From Escherichia phage LHE83: 64,000 bases of DNA. The notes beneath the pieces are model-generated. The model did not search any database and was not told where the DNA came from. It saw only the letters and a program-made list of their open reading frames with translations. The stretch is from the sequence record OQ561750. One strand, written 5' to 3'. The position numbers were made by a program, and so were the translations under genes. Numbering within the stretch: the first letter of the stretch is position 1; every line of letters begins with the position of its first letter. Shown one piece after another: positions 18,124 to 25,897 of the stretch.

Positions 18124-18386
18124 ATATCAAATTATATTACGCTAAACACAAAGTTACGGGTACGGTTGTTGCCGCCATGTATGACGCGTCAGGTGATGGT
18201 GACGATATTACTACAGAGTTATCTCTTTCTGAATGTAAATTTCTCCGTCCTTTAATCGCATCAAAGGAAGATTTACAAAAACTTATCGATGGAAAACTGG
18301 ATAATGTTGATGGCATAGATATTCTTTATGACCTTCGCACTGCATTGTACAGAGGATTGATTGAAATTAAAGAGGTAGTATTTTGA
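18120..18386 (+). CDS. hypothetical protein (88 aa), GTG start, paralogue of previous ORF
   Basis: GTGA overlap with upstream stop; GAGGTGG SD. Confidence 0.45.
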   Translation: MNIKLYYAKHKVTGTVVAAMYDASGDGDDITTELSLSECKFLRPLIASKEDLQKLIDGKLDNVDGIDILYDLRTALYRGLIEIKEVVF

Positions 18387-18476
18387 GTAGCAAAATGTGG
18401 TGCCTTATTTGGTTGACCTGTATCCCAGTGATTTGCGTATGTTTTAGTTTATTGTTGTGAAAATTGGCATAAAACA

Positions 18477-18505
18477 GTGTACATCTCCATTAATCATGAT
18501 ATTAT
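18477..18505 (+). promoter_or_regulatory. early promoter in hairpin cassette (GTGTAC, 17 bp, TATTAT)
   Basis: 11-bp arms CATCTCCATTA (18482-18492) and TAATGGAGATG (18518-18528); 3' arm carries the SD. Confidence 0.5.
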
Positions 18506-18531
18506 AGACCTATCAACTAATGGAGATGATT

Positions 18532-18642
18532 ATGAAAAACTTACTTAAAGCAATTTGGAACATGTTTGTGTTGTTAATGGTATTGAGCATTTTCCCAATC
18601 GTTTTTATGATTGACCATGTACGTGTATTCTTTAATTTCTGA
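18532..18642 (+). CDS. small hydrophobic peptide (36 aa)
   Basis: ATG with GGAGATG SD; single predicted TM helix; hand-translated. Confidence 0.35.
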   Translation: MKNLLKAIWNMFVLLMVLSIFPIVFMIDHVRVFFNF

Positions 18643-18652
18643 GGAAAATATT

Positions 18653-18865
18653 ATGAAACTTTTTAAAGATGTCGCAGTTGGTGAGAGCTTTGTATTACAT
18701 AACGGCCAACAACTGATTCGCATTTCTCCTTTGCAAGTTGGTACTGAATTACAACCTGTTAATGCCACAGACCTTTATGATTCAACTAAGCGTTTTTGTG
18801 TAGGCCCTAGTGTGCAATGCCTTACTGTTGATGAACTGATGGCTATTTCTGTTGACGCTGAATAA
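18653..18865 (+). CDS. hypothetical protein (70 aa)
   Basis: ATG with GAGGAAAA SD. Confidence 0.45.
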   Translation: MKLFKDVAVGESFVLHNGQQLIRISPLQVGTELQPVNATDLYDSTKRFCVGPSVQCLTVDELMAISVDAE

Positions 18866-18875
18866 GGAAAATATT

Positions 18876-19220
18876 ATGTCTAAATTATTTTTTGGTAATC
18901 GCAACATTATGTTCTTTAAACAACTCAGCCTCCAAGATGCATCGGTGGCATTCAATCAAAGTATGATTCCCGGTGTAGATTCAAAAATTATGACGAGTGC
19001 TGATTTCGTTTTCGTTCAAGACCCAGAAACAGGCTTTTATCGGTTCATTAAATTTCGTATGAGTATGGACCCAGGTTATCATAGTGCTTACTACGTGAGT
19101 TATGAAAACGTTATCAAAGAATTACGTGATACCTATGGACGCGCTTTGAACCCGCTGAACAAGGTTTATAATGCTTCTTTTTATACGAGCGGATTTATTT
19201 TAGAACAGCTACAAAAATAG
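18876..19220 (+). CDS. hypothetical protein (114 aa)
   Basis: ATG with AAGGAAAA SD. Confidence 0.45.
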   Translation: MSKLFFGNRNIMFFKQLSLQDASVAFNQSMIPGVDSKIMTSADFVFVQDPETGFYRFIKFRMSMDPGYHSAYYVSYENVIKELRDTYGRALNPLNKVYNASFYTSGFILEQLQK

Positions 19221-19248
19221 TTTACAACCTCGAGAATCGTGTTATAAT
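19220..19248 (+). promoter_or_regulatory. early promoter in hairpin (GTTTAC, 17 bp, TATAAT)
   Basis: Stem CGAGAA / TTCTCG encloses -10; -35 overlaps upstream stop. Confidence 0.55.
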
Positions 19249-19297
19249 GGTTCTCGTTGACTGGATAACAAAACATTAATCTACTGAGGAAATTGAT

Positions 19298-19747
19298 ATG
19301 AATACTTATATGACTCGCCGTAACGTTCTGTCTGCTGGTGCTACTACTGTTGCTTATGTTAAGAACGGTGAATACCAAAATGGTAAACCTTCTAAAGAAA
19401 TCTCTGCTCAGCCAGGCTTCTACTTCTTTGTTAAAGGTGGTGCTGATTCTCGTGTCGTAGCGGCTCGTTTTTATGTCGGTAATCAACGTTCGGCCCAAGG
19501 GCTCGACGGTATCGTGGCTAACATTCGTAAGAAACGTTCTCAATCAGCTCGCACTATGGCAGTGAACGGTGTTGTGTATGAAGTTCTTTATGTACCGGCT
19601 TCTAAGATGAAACCCCTGACTACAGGTTTTGGTAAGGGTCAAATTGCAATGGCTTTCACTCGTAATCATAGTTCCGACCTCCAGACACTGGAAGAAATGA
19701 ACCGTATGTTGGCTGATAACTTTAAATTCATCCTGCAGGCTTACTAA
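19298..19747 (+). CDS. ndd: nucleoid disruption protein Ndd
   Basis: 149 aa; long colinear match to T4 Ndd as recalled ([10 protein letters not shown]...TGFGKGQ...[13 protein letters not shown]). Confidence 0.85.
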
Positions 19748-19824
19748 TGAGTAATTTCCATAACGAGCATGTGATGCAGTTCTATCGTAACAATCTTAAA
19801 ACTAAAGGCGTCTTCGGACGCTAA
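19747..19824 (+). CDS. stp: Stp peptide (host anticodon-nuclease/restriction modulator)
   Basis: 25 codons [25 protein letters not shown], matching T4 Stp; start overlaps ndd stop; 3' end forms a GGCGUC-UUCG-GACGC hairpin. Confidence 0.8.
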
Positions 19825-19834
19825 TGAGGAAAAT

Positions 19835-19996
19835 ATGGTTATCCTAGTTTTTATTGAACTTATTATGGCTATAGTCTGTTCAGTTTGCTTCTTTTTAGGT
19901 GTGTGGGCCCCTCGTCCGATATTCTTAAGTTTTCTGCTTATTGGTTGGGTTCTTTCTACTTTTGTCGGTTTACTTAAGACGATTAAAAATGATTAA
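19835..19996 (+). CDS. ac: small membrane protein (53 aa) at the T4 ac position
   Basis: Two hydrophobic helices; lies between stp and 52 as T4 ac does. Confidence 0.45.
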   Translation: MVILVFIELIMAIVCSVCFFLGVWAPRPIFLSFLLIGWVLSTFVGLLKTIKND

Positions 19997-20129
19997 TAAA
20001 ATCCTGGGCTACTCGTTAGCCCTTGCTGCTTTATTAGTAGCGCTGTATTACGGAGTAATGTTCGGACTTATCCAAGTTGTGCTTTTTATTTCCGATGTTA
20101 TTATGGCTATTCATTCACTAGTATGGTAA
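19989..20129 (+). CDS. small membrane peptide (46 aa)
   Basis: ATG overlapping upstream stop; hydrophobic. Confidence 0.35.
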   Translation: MINKILGYSLALAALLVALYYGVMFGLIQVVLFISDVIMAIHSLVW

Positions 20130-20133
20130 AATT

Positions 20134-21513
20134 ATGGCTGATGTAATTGATACCCTTTTTAAACAGGCTTTAGATGTTTACGATGATTCTTTCACTCGTC
20201 GTGACTTAAAAAGTATTATCGACAACGAAGCATTGGCTTATGCAATGTATACTGTCGAAAACCGAGCCATTCCAAATATGATTGATGGCTTTAAACCTGT
20301 ACAACGTTTTGTAGTGGCTCGTTGTCTTGATATGGCTCGTGGTAATAAAGAAAAATTCCACAAACTGGCTTCTATCGCTGGTGGTGTAGCCGACCTCGGA
20401 TATCACCACGGTGAAGGTTCTGCTCAGGAAGCAGGGGCTTTGATGGCTAACACATGGAACAACAACTATCCATTGTTAGACGGTCAAGGTAACTTCGGTT
20501 CTCGATTGGTTCAAAAGGCTGCAGCCTCTCGTTATATTTTTGCTCGTATCGGAAGTAACTTTGCAAAAGTTTATAAGGACACAGAATATGCTCCGGTTCA
20601 TGCGGATGTCGAACATAAGCCACCGGCTTTTTATCTGCCTATTATTCCTACTGTTCTTCTTAATGGCGTTTCCGGTATTGCAACTGGTTATGCAACTAAT
20701 ATTCTTCCTCATAGTTTTGATTCTGTTAAGAAAGCTGTACTGCAAGTTCTTCAGGAAAAACGAGTAACCAAACCCAAAGTGGCTTATCCTGAATTCCGTG
20801 GTGAAGTTGTTGAGATTGAACCTGGTAGTTATGAGATTCGTGGAACGTATAAGTTCACATCCCGAACCCAAATGCATATCACGGAAATCCCATACAAATA
20901 CGACCGTGAAACATATGTGGCTAAGGTATTAGACCCTCTGGAAGACAAAGGGTATATCACATATGATGATGACTGTGACGAGAACGGTTTTGGCTTCAAG
21001 GTTAAGATTCGTAAAGAATACGAATTGCCTACCGAAGAAAACAAGAAGCATGAAAAAATCATGAAGGACTTCGGGTTAATCGAACGTCGTTCACAAAACC
21101 TGACCGTCATTAATGAAAAAGGTAAACTTAAGGTTTACGAAGATGCAGTTGAACTGATTCGTGATTTCGTTGAGGTCCGTAAGACCTTTGTACAAAAACG
21201 TATTGATGGTAAAATCATCGAAACCGAAGAAGCTTTTAAACTAGCATTGGCTAAAGCCACATTCATCAAAGATGTTATTGACGGGACTGTAGTTATCCAA
21301 GGTAAGACTCGTAAGGTTTTAACTGAGGAATTGGCTGGTAATAAAGTCTACGGCGAATACGCTGATAAACTGGTTGCAATGAACATTTTCCATATCACAT
21401 CCGATGAAGCCAAGAAACTGGCCCTCGAAGCCAAGGCTAAGAAAGAAGAGCATCAATACTGGAAATCTACTGATGTGGTAACTGAGTATGTTAAAGATTT
21501 GGAGGCTCTATGA
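20134..21513 (+). CDS. 52: DNA topoisomerase II medium subunit gp52 (GyrA-like)
   Basis: 459 aa; N-terminal region RDLKSIIDNEALAYAMYTVENRAIPNMIDGFKPVQRF as recalled for T4 gp52. Confidence 0.9.
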   Translation: MADVIDTLFKQALDVYDDSFTRRDLKSIIDNEALAYAMYTVENRAIPNMIDGFKPVQRFVVARCLDMARGNKEKFHKLASIAGGVADLGYHHGEGSAQEAGALMANTWNNNYPLLDGQGNFGSRLVQKAAASRYIFARIGSNFAKVYKDTEYAPVHADVEHKPPAFYLPIIPTVLLNGVSGIATGYATNILPHSFDSVKKAVLQVLQEKRVTKPKVAYPEFRGEVVEIEPGSYEIRGTYKFTSRTQMHITEIPYKYDRETYVAKVLDPLEDKGYITYDDDCDENGFGFKVKIRKEYELPTEENKKHEKIMKDFGLIERRSQNLTVINEKGKLKVYEDAVELIRDFVEVRKTFVQKRIDGKIIETEEAFKLALAKATFIKDVIDGTVVIQGKTRKVLTEELAGNKVYGEYADKLVAMNIFHITSDEAKKLALEAKAKKEEHQYWKSTDVVTEYVKDLEAL

Positions 21514-21614
21514 GCCTTGGAGTCGAGTTCTTGTTACTCTGTATCTTTGCTGTTATTCTGGGCCTGGCGACAGGCTTAGCTATAGGTTTAATAGCAGCTC
21601 ACTTTAAAAAGTAA
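21510..21614 (+). CDS. small hydrophobic peptide (34 aa)
   Basis: ATGA overlap with gp52 stop; one TM-like segment; followed by terminator. Confidence 0.3.
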   Translation: MSLGVEFLLLCIFAVILGLATGLAIGLIAAHFKK

Positions 21615-21636
21615 GGAACCTTCGGGTTCCTTTTTT
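21615..21636 (+). terminator. intrinsic terminator (GGAACC-UUCG-GGUUCC plus U6)
   Basis: Identical hairpin to the one after soc. Confidence 0.75.
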
Positions 21637-21653
21637 GGTTTAGTGAAAAAAGT

Positions 21654-21682
21654 GTTTACTTCTGCTTTAAACATGATACTAT
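21654..21682 (+). promoter_or_regulatory. early promoter for motA (GTTTAC, 17 bp, TACTAT, AGACCTATCA)
   Basis: Conserved promoter block. Confidence 0.55.
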
Positions 21683-21720
21683 AGACCTATCAAAACAATA
21701 GAGTGAAATGGAGATACAAA

Positions 21721-22356
21721 ATGTCTAAAATTACTTATATCATCAAAGCTTCTGAAGACGTCCTGAATGAAAAAACTGCTTCGATCTTAGTACATATCAT
21801 CAAGCATAACTTCATCACTTCAGGCGAAGTCCGTGAAGCCCTGAGTGAGCAATTTAGTGCTGCGGTAGTTAACTCTAACATCGGTGTATTGATTAAGAAA
21901 GGATTCATCGAAAAATCCGGTGATGGTTTAGTGGCTACGGGTGAAGCAATGGACCTAGTTCAAAAAGCCGCCGACCTGTTCGCTTCTGAAAATGCTCCAG
22001 AGATGTTGGAAAAACGTAAAACGCGTAGTTCACGTGGTGTTACTCCTGAAATGGTAACACTGGCTGATGAAGTTAAAGCTTTATTAGAAGACCGTATCGA
22101 GATTCGTGAAATTGCTGAAAACCGTAGCAACCTTGAAGTTCGATTCGCTAAACGTACCAACGGTATTCGTCAAATCGAAGTCCGTCGTGATGGAATGATG
22201 CGTATCTTCGGTTATAATATGACTGATAAAGAAAAACAGGTATTTACTTCCTTGAATCTTGATGTTAAGATTAAGACTGGTGGTAAGAATACTTATATCG
22301 ACTTCCAAAACGTATCATCTGAAGTTATCAAAACCGTAACCAACGCAATTATCTGA
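21721..22356 (+). CDS. motA: middle-transcription activator MotA
   Basis: 211 aa from ATG 21721; matches T4 MotA as recalled (SK.TYIIKAS.DVLNEKTA, RTNGIR, MRIFGY). Confidence 0.85.
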   Translation: MSKITYIIKASEDVLNEKTASILVHIIKHNFITSGEVREALSEQFSAAVVNSNIGVLIKKGFIEKSGDGLVATGEAMDLVQKAADLFASENAPEMLEKRKTRSSRGVTPEMVTLADEVKALLEDRIEIREIAENRSNLEVRFAKRTNGIRQIEVRRDGMMRIFGYNMTDKEKQVFTSLNLDVKIKTGGKNTYIDFQNVSSEVIKTVTNAII

Positions 22357-22370
22357 CTGAGGAAATTATT

Positions 22371-22700
22371 ATGAACAAGTTTAATATTCTGTGTGAATTA
22401 CAGCGTTGTAAAGAAAACACCCAAGAAGGTTGGGATATCTGGTATCACGGTGCTTATCTTGGAAGTATCATAAAGGTTAAAGTCGGTAAATACTTAATCG
22501 TCCGTAATGATTCAGGCGCTCCATACGGTTCTCGTGATACTTTTATGGCGGCATTAGGTTCTTTCGTTGATGCTGCTGGTGAGGTGTACCAAGCAGACTA
22601 CAAAGAATACCAGGAATCACAACCTGTTATTCGTTCAATTGGTGTAAATAAAGCTCAACAGAAAACTTTATGGCAACGTGTTAAAGGATGGTTCAAATGA
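22371..22700 (+). CDS. hypothetical protein (109 aa)
   Basis: ATG with GAGGAAA SD. Confidence 0.5.
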   Translation: MNKFNILCELQRCKENTQEGWDIWYHGAYLGSIIKVKVGKYLIVRNDSGAPYGSRDTFMAALGSFVDAAGEVYQADYKEYQESQPVIRSIGVNKAQQKTLWQRVKGWFK

Positions 22701-23035
22701 TTCCGATGGAACTTAACTGGGACGGTGAAGGTCATTCCCTTAAATTGATTGAAGAACAACGTAATGATTGGGACGAGCGTGTAGCTTTGGTAAGCGGTAT
22801 TAAGAAAATTTACCAACTCGATCTCCAGATTGATAACGTTTATCTTGAATTTGGTATGCAGTTATTACGATTTCTTGAGATTATTTTTATTGAAAAGGTA
22901 AATATAACTTCGTATGGCGAGGGCCAAACAGTTAATATTAAATTATCATCCTATTATAAAGGTGATTTAATTGAAACTGCCACCAAAATTCAAGAATTTG
23001 CTAAAGATAATGGTCATAAGGTGATTTTCAAATGA
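22697..23035 (+). CDS. hypothetical protein (112 aa)
   Basis: ATG with AAAGGATGG SD; overlaps upstream stop. Confidence 0.45.
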   Translation: MIPMELNWDGEGHSLKLIEEQRNDWDERVALVSGIKKIYQLDLQIDNVYLEFGMQLLRFLEIIFIEKVNITSYGEGQTVNIKLSSYYKGDLIETATKIQEFAKDNGHKVIFK

Positions 23036-23520
23036 ATCCATTAAAAGGTAAAGCATTATCCTTTAAAGACCGTATGGCTTTATTAGATAAAGCTCTTTCT
23101 CGCGAGACGCCTGAAAGTCTAGCAGCTAAATTACGGGCATATGGTGATTACACCGAATATACAGAAGAGGATGTTTTAGAAGAGGTTCCTGAAATCTGTT
23201 GGCAAATCGCTCATTGGAACAATAATGAAAAATATCAGCGCAGGATTGTGTGCGCAGCCAACCGCTTTAAGTTAAAAGACGGTGGGACTCTGGTTATTCC
23301 TGGCGCTCGTCATTATTCTAAAGATATGGCTGAAGTTCTCGACCAGGTAAGTGATAAACTTGCATCAGACCATGTTTGTGGTGATGACCAAGGATTTATT
23401 GACCAATATTCAAACTATTGGACTCGCGAAGAAGCAATGATTATTGCGACTTATGCTAATCAAGTTCGTATTGAACGTGATGGCAGTGAAAAAGAACTTT
23501 ACTCTGAGGACCTTTACTAA
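23032..23520 (+). CDS. hypothetical protein (162 aa)
   Basis: ATGA overlap; conserved-looking motifs RIVCAANRF and LVIPGARH; family not recognised. Confidence 0.5.
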   Translation: MNPLKGKALSFKDRMALLDKALSRETPESLAAKLRAYGDYTEYTEEDVLEEVPEICWQIAHWNNNEKYQRRIVCAANRFKLKDGGTLVIPGARHYSKDMAEVLDQVSDKLASDHVCGDDQGFIDQYSNYWTREEAMIIATYANQVRIERDGSEKELYSEDLY

Positions 23521-23801
23521 TGAATCTTAAACAACTCCAGATTGATGCAATCGAAGCCCATATTAATCATGTTAAACGTCTTAATGTCATGGTGGAAGAC
23601 AACTGGGGAACTTATGTCAACCAACCGGCTTGGGATGCCTTAGACCACGAATATATAAAGAATATTAGTTCTAAGACAATCCATGGTAATATGGAAGGGT
23701 TGAAGCCGTTCCTACGTGATATGTATATTGCAACTAATAAAGAAATTATCAGCTCTCTTGAATATCAATTAAGGAAATTACGTGAACAATCCGGTAGCTA
23801 A
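23520..23801 (+). CDS. hypothetical protein (93 aa)
   Basis: Start overlaps upstream stop (TAATG). Confidence 0.45.
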   Translation: MNLKQLQIDAIEAHINHVKRLNVMVEDNWGTYVNQPAWDALDHEYIKNISSKTIHGNMEGLKPFLRDMYIATNKEIISSLEYQLRKLREQSGS

Positions 23802-24034
23802 GCACGATTTCAATAAGGCTTCTGTCCATAAGGATAAGAAGAAAAATCTTAAAGAGTCTAAACGTAAACAGAAACATAAGGGTAAAGGCTATGAGTCATA
23901 ACTTAGAGAATACCGTAACAGGCATGCGTACACGTGAGCAGGAGTGCTTTGAGGAATTCCTGGGAGCTGATTTTAAGTTCCAGGAACCAATAGAAGAGAT
24001 GTATCAGGAATATGTTAAAAAGAACGAAGAACAT

Positions 24035-24063
24035 GTTTACAATCCCTAAGGATATGTTAGTAT
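24035..24063 (+). promoter_or_regulatory. early promoter for asiA (GTTTAC, 17 bp, TAGTAT)
   Basis: -35 at 24035-24040; followed by CCCTATCAG block. Confidence 0.5.
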
Positions 24064-24104
24064 AGCCCTATCAGATAATGACGTACTGAATTGAAGAGAA
24101 TATT

Positions 24105-24380
24105 ATGACTAAAATTGAAATCGTTTCCGAAATTGCTACTATTGTTTCCATTTTGATTAAAACGGATTGTGAAGACATCATGCAACGTCGTGATGAGTTT
24201 ATTGCCTTTTTGAATGAGTTGGGTATTCGTAATGAACATGGAAAGGAACTTAATGGTTTGTCTTATAACAAATTATTTAAGTCATTAACTGAAGATGAAC
24301 GTGACACTCTTATTGAGCAATTTAATGAAGGGTATGAAGATATACACCGTTACTTAATGATGTATACCTCCAATTTCTAA
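24105..24380 (+). CDS. asiA: anti-sigma70 factor AsiA
   Basis: 91 aa; matches T4 AsiA as recalled (IVSILIK...FIAFLNE.G...LI..FNEG.E...RYL.MYT). Confidence 0.85.
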   Translation: MTKIEIVSEIATIVSILIKTDCEDIMQRRDEFIAFLNELGIRNEHGKELNGLSYNKLFKSLTEDERDTLIEQFNEGYEDIHRYLMMYTSNF

Positions 24381-25030
24381 CGGGTTCGACCTAATGTCCT
24401 CCCAGCCTGACCGCACATAGACGAAAGTCTAGGAAATCCTAAATCCGGTTTGATATCATACCAGTACAACGATATCGAGCCGGCGTAGACGTTATCCAAA
24501 TTAAAAAACGGGCACGAAAACATATACGTGAATTGTGTTTTCTTCTTTGTAGGAAGGAATACAGTTTCGGTACTTGATTCAAAATAGTTCCCGTTAACTC
24601 CCGCCATATATTCTACTGACGTTTTGTCAATTGGAAACCCTCCCGTGTTTTTTGCGTCTACCGTTTCCGGTAATTTACCCTCGTAAGCCACCATATCCAC
24701 AAAATAATTCATGTTGGTTGGTCTAAAAGAATATATTGCTGTGAAGTCTGCGCCTGAAGAAGAATGCACTATTCGGAGCTGCTCGATAGCCGCAATTTTA
24801 AATCTATTGTCCTGGCCTTGTCTAATCATTTCAGTATAAGAGGCATAAGTTGTCTCTTTGTAAAAGTTTAGAATATACTCGCCTTTATACCAAACCAATG
24901 CCATAAAGAACAATAATATTACGACTAGGACCCGGGAAAAAACAACTTTCCCGGAAGAAGTATCTTTAAAAATTCTATCAAGAAGTCCAAAAAGTAGGTC
25001 TGATAATGATATTCCTACTTTTGGTTCCAT
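24377..25030 (-). CDS. t: holin T
   Basis: 217 aa; N-terminal TM then large C-terminal domain; colinear with T4 holin as recalled (DRIFKD, YEGKLP, FLPTKK, CPFFNLDN.YAG). Confidence 0.9.
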   Translation of the reverse strand: MEPKVGISLSDLLFGLLDRIFKDTSSGKVVFSRVLVVILLFFMALVWYKGEYILNFYKETTYASYTEMIRQGQDNRFKIAAIEQLRIVHSSSGADFTAIYSFRPTNMNYFVDMVAYEGKLPETVDAKNTGGFPIDKTSVEYMAGVNGNYFESSTETVFLPTKKKTQFTYMFSCPFFNLDNVYAGSISLYWYDIKPDLGFPRLSSMCGQAGRTLGRTR

Positions 25031-25048
25031 ACTTTTCTCCTTTAAAGA

Positions 25049-25056
25049 TATTTATA
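25049..25056 (-). promoter_or_regulatory. late promoter TATAAATA for t
   Basis: Exact TATAAATA on minus strand about 20 nt upstream of holin ATG. Confidence 0.6.
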
Positions 25057-25067
25057 GAGCTTATGCA

Positions 25068-25868
25068 CTATAGCCAGGAACCGTAGATAACACCTGTATT
25101 ATGCCAAGTAGGAGAACTTCCAGCAACAGCAGCTCCTGCGCCGCCACCAGCGCCGACTTTTAGAACTTTACCACCATCAGACCATGCATTCTGACCTGCG
25201 CCGCCTGCATCGCCACCCTGACCAGAGTGGGCATTTCCGTATTGATAACCACCTCCTGGACCATCCAAAGAAGCTCCGCCACCTGAATATCCACCACCGC
25301 CGCCCGGGCCAAATGGACGTCCACCACCGCCACCGATATCTTGCCAGTTAGCACCCGAGTGTACTCGATAGGCAATACCGCCACCGCCACCGCCACCGCC
25401 GCAGATAACCCCACCATTATTAATTCTTAAACGACCGCCAATATCATTTACAATACAAGTTCCACCCCATTGGCCGTTGCCATCGCCACCCGAGTGGGTC
25501 CATCCACCTTGACCACCTCGGCCCCATATATGAACCCCACCACCAATATTCAATTGAACATATTCGTTTGGAGTATCCCCATACATAAAGAACAATGGAA
25601 CATCACGGGTATAAGATACTAATGTACCTGTAAGATTAAACACAATAGGCGCACTACCGGCTTCAAGGCAACGGTCGCGGAACCATTGCCCATTAAAGTT
25701 ATGGTCCGCTCCTAAAGTATGAATAATCTCACGAGACCGACCAGCAAATTGTGACATCCAAGATGGGTTCCCTAGACGCAATTCTCTAGAAGCCGCAGAC
25801 ATCCAACGTTGACCTGTTTCAGCCACTGCTGATGTTCCAATCCAACCAGGTATTCCTACTACTGCCAT
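25068..25868 (-). CDS. 38: long tail fibre tip adhesin gp38 (T2-type, glycine-rich motifs)
   Basis: 266 aa; several poly-Gly blocks (GGGGGGGG, GGGGG, GGGGG, GGG) separating short variable segments; GGAGG SD; directly downstream of gene 37. Confidence 0.75.
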   Translation of the reverse strand: MAVVGIPGWIGTSAVAETGQRWMSAASRELRLGNPSWMSQFAGRSREIIHTLGADHNFNGQWFRDRCLEAGSAPIVFNLTGTLVSYTRDVPLFFMYGDTPNEYVQLNIGGGVHIWGRGGQGGWTHSGGDGNGQWGGTCIVNDIGGRLRINNGGVICGGGGGGGGIAYRVHSGANWQDIGGGGGRPFGPGGGGGYSGGGASLDGPGGGYQYGNAHSGQGGDAGGAGQNAWSDGGKVLKVGAGGGAGAAVAGSSPTWHNTGVIYGSWL

Positions 25869-25879
25869 AAAAACCTCCA

Positions 25880-25893
25880 GGGCCCGAAGGCCC
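25880..25893. other. GC hairpin (GGGCC-NGAA-GGCCC) between genes 37 and 38
   Basis: Perfect 5-bp stem; T-rich only on the plus-strand side. Confidence 0.45.
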
Positions 25894-25897
25894 TTTC

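Noticed and set aside
24380-24420. tRNA-like GGTTCGA sequence near 24385
   Set aside because: It lies inside the holin coding region on the opposite strand and has no cloverleaf context; no tRNA is supported.
25160-25868. Glycine-rich low-complexity region in gp38 as a possible collagen-like repeat or sequencing artefact
   Set aside because: Gly runs are discrete blocks separated by variable segments inside an otherwise normal ORF with a good SD, matching the glycine-rich-motif architecture of T2-type adhesins.
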